Notes: generated by a model not told the origin, from the letters alone. Shown: positions 1 to 7,990, numbered from the stretch's first letter. The stretch is 64,000 nucleotides of DNA from an uncultured Candidatus Saccharibacteria bacterium (GCA_964367745.1 CAYIYK010000001.1:28142-92141), one strand, 5' to 3'. Numbers and translations are program-made.

Positions 1-188
1 TATATAATGGTAAAAAGATATATTATTCTTTGGGGAATTTTGCATTTGATCAGTATTTTTCAGAAGCAACTATGAATGGTATTGCGGTTTTAATAAATAT
101 TGACAGAAAAGACGATGAGATTTCTTTTTCATTTGAAGATGTTCCAGTGAGAGTGGATAGAGAAGGCGTTAAAGTAATAAATAAATAG
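1..188 (+). CDS. 3' fragment of a CapA/PgsA-family metallophosphoesterase-like protein (partial; the ORF enters from the left edge)
   Basis: The frame is open from nt 3 to a TAG at 186-188. The translation ...YYSLGNFAFDQYFSEATMNGIAVLINIDRKDDEISFSFEDVPVRVDREGVKVINK resembles the conserved C-terminus of CapA-family proteins (YSLGNF). Confidence 0.4.
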   Translation, partial: YNGKKIYYSLGNFAFDQYFSEATMNGIAVLINIDRKDDEISFSFEDVPVRVDREGVKVINK

Positions 189-271
189 TTATCCACAGAG
201 TTATGAAATTTTGATAAAATTTTTGTGTTTCTATCTATTGCTCAAAATTTTTTAAACTATAAAATGTAATC

Positions 272-625
272 ATGAATAAAGATGATTATGTTACAAAAGA
301 ATATCTCGATTCAAAACTAAAAGATTTTGTTACTAAAGACTATCTTGATAAGAAGTTTGAACTAATGTCTATAGAATTCGAGCGACATGCTACTGATTTA
401 GCATCTGGCATTAATGGAAAAATAAAGGGTGTTTGTGATCAATTATCTGCAATAGATGAGAAGCTTACTTGCTTGGATCAGAAGGTGACTGTTATAGATC
501 AAAAAGTGACATCTTTAAGTCTCGATGTTTTTAATATTAAGGAAAATATGAAGGAAAAGGTTGATAAAAGTGAAGTTTTAGATCTAAAAAAGAGAGTAGT
601 AAAACTTGAAATTAAACTTGCTTAA
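272..625 (+). CDS. hypothetical coiled-coil protein (117 aa)
   Basis: ORF track. The protein is rich in K, E, D and L with heptad-like periodicity. No recognisable catalytic motif. Confidence 0.4.
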   Translation: MNKDDYVTKEYLDSKLKDFVTKDYLDKKFELMSIEFERHATDLASGINGKIKGVCDQLSAIDEKLTCLDQKVTVIDQKVTSLSLDVFNIKENMKEKVDKSEVLDLKKRVVKLEIKLA

Positions 626-699
626 AAACCTATTTTTGATAGTATTTTATTGGAAACAGGAGCGGAGTTTTCTCCAAGCCTGTAGCAAGGGCTCCCTCC

Positions 700-740
700 C
701 CGGCATCCAATGTTCCTCTGGATGCCGGTTTTTGTTTTTA
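700..740 (+). terminator. rho-independent terminator hairpin
   Basis: ccggcatcc-N11-ggatgccgg followed by tttttgttttt. Confidence 0.55.
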
Positions 741-757
741 TAGGATATAATATATGA

Positions 758-1726
758 ATGCATAAAATAAGAGTTGGAGTTATACGCGGTGGTCCGAGTA
801 ACGAATATGATGTTTCTCTAAAAACTGGAGCAACAGTTTTGAACAATTTACCTAAAGAGAAATATGTAGCTCGTGATATTTTTATCGACAAAGATGGACA
901 TTGGTTTGTCCATGGTCTTCCTACAACTCCACATGAAGCTCTTACTCATATCGACGTTGCTTTTAATGCTTTACATGGGCACTTCGGTGAAGATGGAAAA
1001 ATTCAACATATATTTGAAGTTCATGGTATTCCTTTTACTGGTTCTGGATCATTTGCTTCTGCAATTGGAATGAATAAACAGATGACTAAGGAAGTTTATA
1101 AAAAAGAAAAATTAAAGACACCTCAATCACGTTTGATAGAATCTCTTGAGGAAGTTAGTAAACAAGCACATGAGATTTTTAGAGCTTTCCCTCTGCCAGT
1201 TGTTGTTAAACCTCTTGCAGGCGGATCATCAGTTGGAGTTACAATAGCAAAAGATTTTTCAAGTTTTGAAAAAGCAGTTAGAGATGCTTTTGAACACAGT
1301 AATTCTGTTATGGTTGAAGAATTTATAAAAGGGAAAGAAGCGACTTGCGGGGTGATCGACAATTATCGTGAACAAGAATTCTATGCATTACCACCAATCG
1401 AAATACGACCTCACAACGGCAATTTCTTCGATTATTCTGCAAAATATGAAGGGAAGTCAGATGAAATAGTACCAGGGAATTTTACAGAATCAGAAAAAAG
1501 AGAAATAGAAAATATGGCAATACAAGCGCACAAAGCTCTTGGTTTAAGTCACTATTCACGTTCAGACTTTATCATCCATCCGAAGAGGGGAATATTTATC
1601 TTGGAGAGTAATACACTGCCAGGATTGACTGAAGAGTCACTTTTGCCAAAAGCCTTGAAAGCTGTAGGAGCTTCAGTTTCCCACTTTTTGGATCATGTAA
1701 TAGAACTTGCAATAACTAGAAAATGA
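758..1726 (+). CDS. ddl: D-alanine--D-alanine ligase (ATP-grasp)
   Basis: N-terminal RVGVIRGGPSNEYDVSLKTG, GGSSVGVTIA and EEFIKGKEATCGVID motifs are typical of Ddl. Length 322 aa. TGA stop. Confidence 0.85.
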   Translation: MHKIRVGVIRGGPSNEYDVSLKTGATVLNNLPKEKYVARDIFIDKDGHWFVHGLPTTPHEALTHIDVAFNALHGHFGEDGKIQHIFEVHGIPFTGSGSFASAIGMNKQMTKEVYKKEKLKTPQSRLIESLEEVSKQAHEIFRAFPLPVVVKPLAGGSSVGVTIAKDFSSFEKAVRDAFEHSNSVMVEEFIKGKEATCGVIDNYREQEFYALPPIEIRPHNGNFFDYSAKYEGKSDEIVPGNFTESEKREIENMAIQAHKALGLSHYSRSDFIIHPKRGIFILESNTLPGLTEESLLPKALKAVGASVSHFLDHVIELAITRK

Positions 1727-1757
1727 AGTAATATATAAATTCGATGGTGTGTTTTAT

Positions 1758-1780
1758 GGGCTCGTAGCTGTCTTGGTAGG
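1758..1780 (+). repeat. degenerate partial copy of the tRNA-Ala 5' end (gggctcgtagct...ttggtag)
   Basis: It has 12 identical nt plus a further 7 identical nt compared with the tRNA 5' acceptor/D-arm at 1813-1834. It lies 55 bp upstream of the intact tRNA. Confidence 0.5.
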
Positions 1781-1812
1781 TATACAACGAAAGCAAGTTA
1801 AAAATAAAATAA

Positions 1813-1885
1813 GGGCTCGTAGCTCAGTTGGTAGAGCAATCGCTTTGCAAGCGAAAGGTCAGGAGTTCGAATCTCCTCGAGTCCA
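1813..1885 (+). tRNA. tRNA-Ala (anticodon TGC)
   Basis: Hand-folded cloverleaf: acceptor GGGCTCG/CGAGTCC with the G3:U70 Ala identity pair, D-arm GCTC-AGTTGGT-AGAGC, anticodon loop TTTGCAA, T-arm AGGAG-TTCGAAT-CTCCT, discriminator A. CCA is not encoded. Confidence 0.9.
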
Positions 1886-1887
1886 CA

Positions 1888-2286
1888 ATGAAATTAGATC
1901 CTCGACTTCATCACTATTGTCAAAATATAACTAGAGGCTATTTGAACGATGTTGTAGAGATGTATTCCTTACTAGGTTTAAAGGTGGTTTATATTCCTGA
2001 AAACAAAGACTGGATTATGGTTGCTCAAGAACCACTACAATTTGCTATTCAAATTACTCAAGTTGAGGACACTCTAATTTCTGATGTAGAGCTTAAAAAA
2101 CGAGCACATATTGCTTTTCTTTCCGATAATCCGCAAGCAGTTATAGATAAAGTCGAAGCGTGGGCAAAAGGTAAAAGTATAAAGTTCAGACAAGGCGGGT
2201 GGTCAGATATTGAAAGATACTTTGATTTACCAGATATATTTACTAATTTTGTAGTTGAAGTAATGCATACGTCTATTGAAAAATAA
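1888..2286 (+). CDS. VOC-family (glyoxalase/bleomycin-resistance fold) protein
   Basis: Starts 3 nt after the tRNA. HIAFLSDNPQAVIDKVEAWAKGKSIKF...YFDLPDIFTNFVVEVMH matches the VOC pattern HxAFxVxD...G...YFxDPDGxxxE. Confidence 0.5.
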   Translation: MKLDPRLHHYCQNITRGYLNDVVEMYSLLGLKVVYIPENKDWIMVAQEPLQFAIQITQVEDTLISDVELKKRAHIAFLSDNPQAVIDKVEAWAKGKSIKFRQGGWSDIERYFDLPDIFTNFVVEVMHTSIEK

Positions 2287-2292
2287 AATTAA

Positions 2293-3255
2293 ATGATACA
2301 TTTCAAAAATCAGCCAAAGTTATCTGGATTTGAAGTAGATAAGAAATTTGATGAGCGTCGTGTGGTACTTGCTTCACAGATTGAGACTCTTCTTGCCGAA
2401 GATGAGTTATTCAAAGACAAAGACGTGAGTGTTGAGTTCTCTCATAAAGGGGTTTCTTCTCTGGTCAGCTTTGTTGAAGCTGATAGTAAAAAATATGTCC
2501 TCAAAATCCCACTAAGTTCTAATTCTGAAGAAGGTGAAGCTCAATTTTTGGAAGCATGGGAAGCGGTTGGTGTATCTGTACCTCATATATATAAAGAAGG
2601 GAGAGTGGGAGAGCATCCATATATTCTTATGGATTTTGTTGATGCTCCAATCCTAATGGATGAAATTAAACAAAGTACAGCAAAGAAAGATATTTATATT
2701 GAATTAGGAAGAACTCTCGCTATAATGCACACTCCAAAAGCAGAAGGTTATGGACGCATTATAAAAGGGAAACCACAATATAGAGAATTCAAAGAGTGGC
2801 TTGCAAGCGAAGATATTATAAATAGAGTCAAAGCTACTCAAGAAAATAATCTTTTAACAGATGAACATGGTTCACTTACACGTGTCTTTGATGTTTTGAA
2901 CGCATATTCTGAAAAACATCCAATAAGTACTTACTGTCATTTTGATTATGATGCTACAAACATTTTGGCAACTGAACCAATTACTATTATTGACCCAAAC
3001 CCAACATTGAATCTTGGAATCATTGATATTGCTCGAAGTATTGTGATTTCAATTTCAAGAAGCGGTTCGGTCGATTCTGGAAAACAATTGAAAGAAGGGT
3101 ATTTCTCAGGTAATGCACCATACAATGCTAATGCACTACAAGCAGCAATTATCCTAAATGCCTACATGAAATTTCCTTACTGGTATAAGAAAGAGAAAAA
3201 AGAAGCCATAGAAAATATACGACAATACCTGGCTCAAACTGCACATCTTCAATGA
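2293..3255 (+). CDS. phosphotransferase-family protein (APH/choline-kinase-like small-molecule kinase)
   Basis: Brenner-type catalytic motif HFDYDATNIL and IIDPN, plus ILMDFVDA. The length and layout are like aminoglycoside phosphotransferases. Confidence 0.6.
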   Translation: MIHFKNQPKLSGFEVDKKFDERRVVLASQIETLLAEDELFKDKDVSVEFSHKGVSSLVSFVEADSKKYVLKIPLSSNSEEGEAQFLEAWEAVGVSVPHIYKEGRVGEHPYILMDFVDAPILMDEIKQSTAKKDIYIELGRTLAIMHTPKAEGYGRIIKGKPQYREFKEWLASEDIINRVKATQENNLLTDEHGSLTRVFDVLNAYSEKHPISTYCHFDYDATNILATEPITIIDPNPTLNLGIIDIARSIVISISRSGSVDSGKQLKEGYFSGNAPYNANALQAAIILNAYMKFPYWYKKEKKEAIENIRQYLAQTAHLQ

Positions 3256-3345
3256 CATGTGGTCTTTGTTTACAAAATTGCCTTTAAATACTTCATTTCC
3301 CTCACTAGATGGTTTAGAAAAATAAAACTAAAACCTACAATAAAA

Positions 3346-3377
3346 AATAGAGTAGCTTAGGCTACTCTATTTTTTTA
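3346..3377 (+). terminator. rho-independent terminator
   Basis: atagagtagc-ttag-gctactctat followed by ttttttt. Confidence 0.6.
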
Positions 3378-3467
3378 TCTAGGATTACCACTAGATTCGA
3401 AAGACGGAGGACACGAAGGTGTCCGAGTCGGGGTCGCGGGCGAGGCTAGTAAGCCGAGACCTGTGAC

Positions 3468-3487
3468 CGAATCTCCTCGAGTCCACA
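3468..3487 (+). repeat. direct copy of the tRNA-Ala 3' end (att-like junction)
   Basis: cgaatctcctcgagtccaca matches 1868-1887 at 20/20. It is preceded by a GC-rich structured stretch and followed by the hairpin ctggcgtttgccag plus a T-run. Confidence 0.7.
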
Positions 3488-3620
3488 ACGAAAGAAAAGA
3501 CTGGCGTTTGCCAGTTTTTTCTTTTGTCTGGAACTTGAACAAGATGAGAAAGGCGGAGGTATGAAAATTATTATATTTGACTTTAGAATTTTATCGGAGC
3601 ACAATAATCTCGGATACATT

Positions 3621-4340
3621 ATGAACAAAACAACTGAAAAAGTCAGATCTATCACTGGTAGAGGTACGGCACCCTTCCGTAAACTCGATAAAAATACCGC
3701 AGGCCGTAGTTCTGTGTATGAAGGTCCTCTACAGGCAGAGTTATCTGTTGTCGTGGTTGAACCAGATGAAAAAGTTCAAGCATGCCTCATGCGGTTTTTT
3801 AAAGATATTAAAATCGCTTGTCGCAGAATCGTTATTGCTCAAGACAAAGTCACGGCAATAGCTTATATCAACGAAGGTTTATATGGTGCGACGATTACAA
3901 ATGTCTTAATGTATGACGGTGCAGGTCAACAACCTGAACCTACACTCAGCCAGTCGCGCGTCTTCAGTAGATATGTCGAAAGGCATAAACCTAGGTGCAC
4001 ACGACTTCACTATATACTTGGTGATCTTGATAATTGTTTGAGAAGATATGCAGGGGACCTATGTCCAGCTAGTACAGATACTGTGCTTTTTACAACGAAT
4101 GGACATATGATATCTCCATATGTCGATGGTGTCGGTATTCCAACTTACGAAGGATGTTTGGTACTATTTAGAAGTCTCTTTATGATGCACGAGCTCAAAC
4201 AGGGGAATCTTACACAAGAGTCGACCCCACCATTAATTGGTTTTAGATTTGGAGACAAGGGACATAATTCACGTTTTCTCTTAAAGAAAAGACCTGACTC
4301 ATCAATCAAGCGTATCTTTAGAAAATACAACGTTTTGTAG
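3621..4340 (+). CDS. hypothetical protein, GC-rich ORFan (about 240 aa)
   Basis: ORF track, using the internal Met. No recognisable motif. Composition is atypical for the window. Confidence 0.35.
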   Translation: MNKTTEKVRSITGRGTAPFRKLDKNTAGRSSVYEGPLQAELSVVVVEPDEKVQACLMRFFKDIKIACRRIVIAQDKVTAIAYINEGLYGATITNVLMYDGAGQQPEPTLSQSRVFSRYVERHKPRCTRLHYILGDLDNCLRRYAGDLCPASTDTVLFTTNGHMISPYVDGVGIPTYEGCLVLFRSLFMMHELKQGNLTQESTPPLIGFRFGDKGHNSRFLLKKRPDSSIKRIFRKYNVL

Positions 4341-4375
4341 ACAATCATGTCAACTGACACATTACACTGTTAGCA

Positions 4376-4420
4376 ACCCACTCAGTAGGAACCCTTGCTG
4401 GCTGTGGGTTTTTTGTTTGT
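4376..4420 (+). terminator. terminator-like hairpin
   Basis: acccac-N24-gtgggt followed by tttttgtttg. Confidence 0.4.
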
Positions 4421-4442
4421 TCAAATAAATTTTTACATTGAC

Positions 4443-4462
4443 CGAATCTCCTCGAATCCACA
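4443..4462 (+). repeat. third copy (19/20) of the tRNA-Ala 3' end
   Basis: cgaatctcctcgaatccaca. It shares the extended left flank tgaccgaatc with copy 2. Confidence 0.65.
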
Positions 4463-4471
4463 ATAAAAAAA

Positions 4472-4496
4472 TACCCAAGCTTTCGCAAGGGTATTT
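4472..4496. terminator. bidirectional terminator hairpin
   Basis: taccc-aagctttcgcaa-gggta flanked by A-runs and T-runs. It lies between the island end and the convergent minus-strand gene. Confidence 0.45.
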
Positions 4497-4510
4497 TGAA
4501 ATTGATTTGA

Positions 4511-5185
4511 TCAAATTCTGAAATTTTTTCTTCGTATGAAGATATACGAGAACAAGACCAATCCAGTTGCGATTGTCGAAGCTGTTTCTGGTACCGCACC
4601 AGATGCAAGTGGTGTAACTGATATTTGATAATGACCACAGTTATTGATCACATCCTCGATACCAGATGCATTTCCGAAACCGAAATTGATTACCCTTGGG
4701 AGGGTATTCAGTTGTAATACATAGGAATATGAATGATCTGAACGATATTCAGGTATCCCACCTATGTTCATACCATCATATTCTCCAACAGTATTGTTCC
4801 AAACTATGTTGTATAGGCTTGTTGATTGCTCGTATGTGGTATTGTCACCAATAAAGTAATCATTCGGCACAAGAGACGTATTACCATCAAAAGCGATTCT
4901 GTGAGTTGATGATGATGTTTTGGGTACCCAACCGATTTGTGGATTGATGAATTCGTAAAATGCATCATACAGGTTGACGGTACTGTTTTTATCAAAACCA
5001 ATTCCACTGATCTTAACTCCGACTAGTCCACTGTACTTGGAAGTCGTAGTTGCTTCGATTGAATGATCGAACATTGCAATGAGGTTCTCAGACGGCCCAA
5101 TAGGGTGATAGTAATCCGTTATAACGTGCTGTGCCTTAAGGTTTAGTGACAGCATTAGCACAACGATAACCACGATATTTTTCAT
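4511..5185 (-). CDS. secreted cell-surface protein with a C-terminal sorting signal (sortase- or PEP-CTERM-like)
   Basis: N-terminal signal peptide MKNIVVIVVLMLSLNLKA. C-terminal VPETAS, then the hydrophobic segment TIATGLVLFSYIFI, then RRK. That is a motif + TM + basic-tail architecture. Confidence 0.5.
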   Translation of the reverse strand: MKNIVVIVVLMLSLNLKAQHVITDYYHPIGPSENLIAMFDHSIEATTTSKYSGLVGVKISGIGFDKNSTVNLYDAFYEFINPQIGWVPKTSSSTHRIAFDGNTSLVPNDYFIGDNTTYEQSTSLYNIVWNNTVGEYDGMNIGGIPEYRSDHSYSYVLQLNTLPRVINFGFGNASGIEDVINNCGHYQISVTPLASGAVPETASTIATGLVLFSYIFIRRKNFRI

Positions 5186-5276
5186 TGTTTATCCTCTATT
5201 TTTAGTTTCCAAATCGATAATAATACTTATAAAAAAATATATCAAGTTTAATATTGTTTTTTGGTTTATATAAATA

Positions 5277-5296
5277 AAAAACAAAACCCGCGCATT
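5277..5296 (+). repeat. 20-bp perfect direct repeat aaaaacaaaacccgcgcatt (copy 1 of 2)
   Basis: Identical to 5927-5946. The two copies bracket ORF 5419-5895. Confidence 0.7.
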
Positions 5297-5418
5297 TAGC
5301 GAGAGTTTCTGCCATCCAAACTAATCAAGAAACAAAAATTATATATATATTGACATAATCTGAAAAGTATAATATTCTTTTTTTAGAAGCAAGTTAACAA
5401 AAAAAGAAAATTTATAAA

Positions 5419-5895
5419 ATGAGCTTAACCATTACTATGAGCTTAACCATTACTAATAGTAAAAATGGCGATGGGTGTTTTTATGATGATTGTTATGAAT
5501 CTGGAGGTCTTCATCCAGTAAGTAATTCTCTCGCTAAGATACTTATCCTTGATACAAATGATAGTCTAATCCCATGTAATTACCAGCGCTGGTTTCACGC
5601 AGATGACTCTGGTGTTGGTGGCGGAAATAACTATGTTCCTACCGGTGAAGGACCGATACCTACTGATAGTATTGAGAAAGTTGATGAAAGGTGCTTTACG
5701 ACAAGCGAGGTCAGTAGTAATTTTTTGGACGACAATATTATCCATTTGATGGATCATCCACCAGAAGGTGTGCGATTTATTAAATATGACGGGTACCAAA
5801 AAGATGATCGATCAAAATATTGTACTTTTTTTGGCTTTAGAATCATCTACCGAAGGGAAGTTTCATTTCATCACCGTATACTACTTTTCAAGTAA
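5419..5895 (+). CDS. hypothetical protein; an 18-bp tandem duplication at the 5' end gives MSLTITMSLTIT
   Basis: ORF track. atgagcttaaccattact occurs twice in tandem. No recognisable domain. Confidence 0.35.
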   Translation: MSLTITMSLTITNSKNGDGCFYDDCYESGGLHPVSNSLAKILILDTNDSLIPCNYQRWFHADDSGVGGGNNYVPTGEGPIPTDSIEKVDERCFTTSEVSSNFLDDNIIHLMDHPPEGVRFIKYDGYQKDDRSKYCTFFGFRIIYRREVSFHHRILLFK

Positions 5896-5926
5896 AGTCA
5901 GTTCACGGTTCCAGAAACCAATTTTT

Positions 5927-5946
5927 AAAAACAAAACCCGCGCATT
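5927..5946 (+). repeat. 20-bp perfect direct repeat (copy 2 of 2), part of a bidirectional terminator hairpin
   Basis: aaaacccg-cgcattgtgtgct-cgggtttttt. Confidence 0.7.
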
Positions 5947-5962
5947 GTGTGCTCGGGTTTTT

Positions 5963-6496
5963 TCATTTTTTGATTTTCTTGCTACTCAATACAATAGCGT
6001 AGCAGAAACTAAGTAGTAGTTTTTTATAATGAACTACTTGATATGGAGAATACCTAATGTCGCCGTTCTCGGTATCATGCTTTACAAGATTGGTATGATC
6101 TCCTTGCTCATAGAAATGAACTATTTCGTCTAGATTAGTCCAGAGCTTGATTCGACCTTCATCCCTTTGAAAATAAAAGGCAGTGTATCGAATCGGCATA
6201 TCGCAAATTGATGGAAATTGAATCCATGGTTGCTTGCTTGAAAGCAAGTAGAGTTCTTCCTTACTCTCTTTACCAGTTACAGTGAAGTTTTTGTGACAAA
6301 GCCACTCAAAGACAACAACGATTTCTTTCTTCCTGGATCTGATATCGATTCTGAAATCCTTTATTTCACCCCTAAACATTTTGTAAGTTTTGAGGCCAGA
6401 AGAACCCTTATCTGTAGATTCGATTTGCAACTGACCACCTACATAGTCTGTAAGCTTTTCAACAAGCTTTACTCGACTCCAAAAATATCCATGCAC
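5963..6496 (-). CDS. hypothetical protein (177 aa), divergent from the lexA operon
   Basis: ORF track. No recognisable motif. Confidence 0.35.
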   Translation of the reverse strand: MHGYFWSRVKLVEKLTDYVGGQLQIESTDKGSSGLKTYKMFRGEIKDFRIDIRSRKKEIVVVFEWLCHKNFTVTGKESKEELYLLSSKQPWIQFPSICDMPIRYTAFYFQRDEGRIKLWTNLDEIVHFYEQGDHTNLVKHDTENGDIRYSPYQVVHYKKLLLSFCYAIVLSSKKIKK

Positions 6497-6560
6497 AGTA
6501 TGATCCTTTGTTAAAATTCAATTCTCGCGCCAGTATAGCACATTTATCCACAGATTTTAT

Positions 6561-6589
6561 TTGCAGGTGAACGAATGTTCACTTATACT
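6561..6589 (+). promoter_or_regulatory. sigma-70-type promoter (-35 TTGCAG, 17-nt spacer, -10 TATACT) with a LexA/Cheo-type SOS box GTGAACGAATGTTCAC filling the spacer
   Basis: The GAAC-N4-GTTC inverted repeat at 6567-6582 sits exactly between the -35 and -10 hexamers. It is 36 nt upstream of a small ORF and the lexA gene. Confidence 0.6.
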
Positions 6590-6624
6590 ATATTTATAAA
6601 AGAATAAGAATAATTATTAAAAAT

Positions 6625-6834
6625 ATGAGTAAAATAAAATTGGTACATAGTTTAAGAAGAGAGATTAAAAAGTTAAATAGTGAGATCGATTTGAAAATAA
6701 TAAAAGGTTTACCATATAAAGCAGAAGCTAGACGACATAAGTTCCTAGTATCACAGTTCTATGGATTCTATGAATCTTCAAAACAGAGCTGGCTTAAGAG
6801 GACTATGCTGACATTCGCTAGTTTTGTCCTATAA
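6625..6834 (+). CDS. small basic protein (69 aa), first gene of the SOS-box-controlled lexA operon
   Basis: ORF track. Lys/Arg-rich N-terminus. Lies 9 bp upstream of lexA. Confidence 0.4.
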   Translation: MSKIKLVHSLRREIKKLNSEIDLKIIKGLPYKAEARRHKFLVSQFYGFYESSKQSWLKRTMLTFASFVL

Positions 6835-6842
6835 TAAACTTA

Positions 6843-7406
6843 ATGCAAGATTATAAAAATAAAATCTTTTCATTCTATGAAAGGTATAAAAGAATGCCGA
6901 GCTATGCCGAAATCATGAATCTTTTGGGTTTTAAATCTAAGAATTCAGTTTATAAATTGATAAATAAACTCGTCGAAGCTGGAGTATTAGATAAAGATGA
7001 TACTGGGAAGCTTATACCAAACAGTCTATCTCAAGAAGTTAAACTTCTAGGACTTGTTGAAGCCGGTATTCCAACTGTAGCCGATGAAACTAGTCTCGAT
7101 AGTTTGAATCTTGACAATTTTCTTATTAAAAATCGTGACTCATCATATCTACTCGAGGTCAAAGGCGATTCAATGATTGAAGAAGGTATAAAGGAAGGTG
7201 ATCTTGTTATAGTGGAAAAAAGAAATGATGCAAAAGATGGTGATATCGTTATTGCCGAAGTAGACGGAGGATGGACAATGAAATTTTTCAGGAAAAAGGG
7301 GAATACCATATTCCTTGAACCAGCAAATAAAAACTATAAATCTATATATCCAGAAAATGATATGAAAATATCAGCAGTGGTTAAAGGTGTCATAAGAAAG
7401 TACTAA
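6843..7406 (+). CDS. lexA: LexA repressor (S24 autopeptidase)
   Basis: N-terminal wHTH. The Ser-Lys dyad context GDSM ... GDIVIAEVDGGWTMK ... VVKGVIRKY. Confidence 0.85.
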   Translation: MQDYKNKIFSFYERYKRMPSYAEIMNLLGFKSKNSVYKLINKLVEAGVLDKDDTGKLIPNSLSQEVKLLGLVEAGIPTVADETSLDSLNLDNFLIKNRDSSYLLEVKGDSMIEEGIKEGDLVIVEKRNDAKDGDIVIAEVDGGWTMKFFRKKGNTIFLEPANKNYKSIYPENDMKISAVVKGVIRKY

Positions 7407-7444
7407 CTATTGTAAAAATCGCAAATTAGAGTTAGAATCGTGTC

Positions 7445-7990
7445 ATGAATAATTCACATTTTCACTCAATCCCACAGGATAAAGCACCAGAAATTTTAAA
7501 TTTAATCGTAGAGATAAGACAAGGTGAGTCAAATAAATACGAATACAATAAAGACTATGGAATACTAGAACTTGATCGAGTTCTTTTTGGACCTATGTAT
7601 TATCCAGTAAACTACTGCGATGTCCCATCTACTTGGAATGAAGGCGACAATGATCCTCTAGATGCAGTTGTATTCAGCACTCACCCTATCGAGCCTGGAG
7701 CTTTGGTAAAAGGAAGAGTTATTGGTGTTATGGAAATGATTGATAACGGGGAGGAAGACTATAAGATCATAACTGTAAATCATAAAGACCCAAGATATGG
7801 TCATATAGAAAATGTAGATCAACTCGCTCCATATGAAAGAAAAGATCTTCAAACTTTCTTTGAGACATATAAGATTCCACAAACTGGCCCAGGTACAGTA
7901 AAAATTGGTAAATTCCTAGGACCAAAAGAAGCATATGAGCATATAAAGAAAGCTATGCTTGTTTACGAAAAGAAGTTTAAGAATAAATAA
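7445..7990 (+). CDS. ppa: inorganic pyrophosphatase
   Basis: Signature DNDPLDAVVF matching the family I motif DGDPLDVLV. 181 aa. Confidence 0.85.
   Translation: MNNSHFHSIPQDKAPEILNLIVEIRQGESNKYEYNKDYGILELDRVLFGPMYYPVNYCDVPSTWNEGDNDPLDAVVFSTHPIEPGALVKGRVIGVMEMIDNGEEDYKIITVNHKDPRYGHIENVDQLAPYERKDLQTFFETYKIPQTGPGTVKIGKFLGPKEAYEHIKKAMLVYEKKFKNK

Larger units (their letters stand above)
1886..3487 (+). mobile_element. putative integrated island 1 at the tRNA-Ala 3' end, bounded on the right by a 20-bp copy of the tRNA 3' end. No integrase is present, so it is probably a remnant.
   Basis: A direct repeat of cgaatctcctcgagtccaca sits at 1868-1887 (inside the tRNA) and at 3468-3487. The cargo is a VOC-family gene and an APH-family gene. 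Confidence 0.45.
3488..4462 (+). mobile_element. putative integrated island 2, bounded by the second and third copies of the tRNA-Ala 3' end
   Basis: The third copy, cgaatctcctcgaAtccaca at 4443-4462, matches at 19/20. The interior is visibly GC-richer than the surrounding DNA. Confidence 0.4.

Noticed and set aside
873-1362. ORF-track entries 873-1073(+), 1123-1362(-) and 622-891(-) overlapping ddl
   Set aside because: They are alternative-frame or antisense ORFs inside or abutting a well-supported gene. They are AT-rich and low complexity, and are treated as spurious. The same applies to the many 60-120-aa antisense ORFs inside leuS, dnaK, the RND permease and so on.
3378-3490. GC-rich structured stretch ending in a tRNA-like 3' end: tmRNA or a second tRNA?
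   Set aside because: Only the last 20 nt match tRNA-Ala. There is no T-stem 5' strand, no acceptor 5' strand and no tag-ORF/pseudoknot pattern. It is interpreted as an att-junction remnant.
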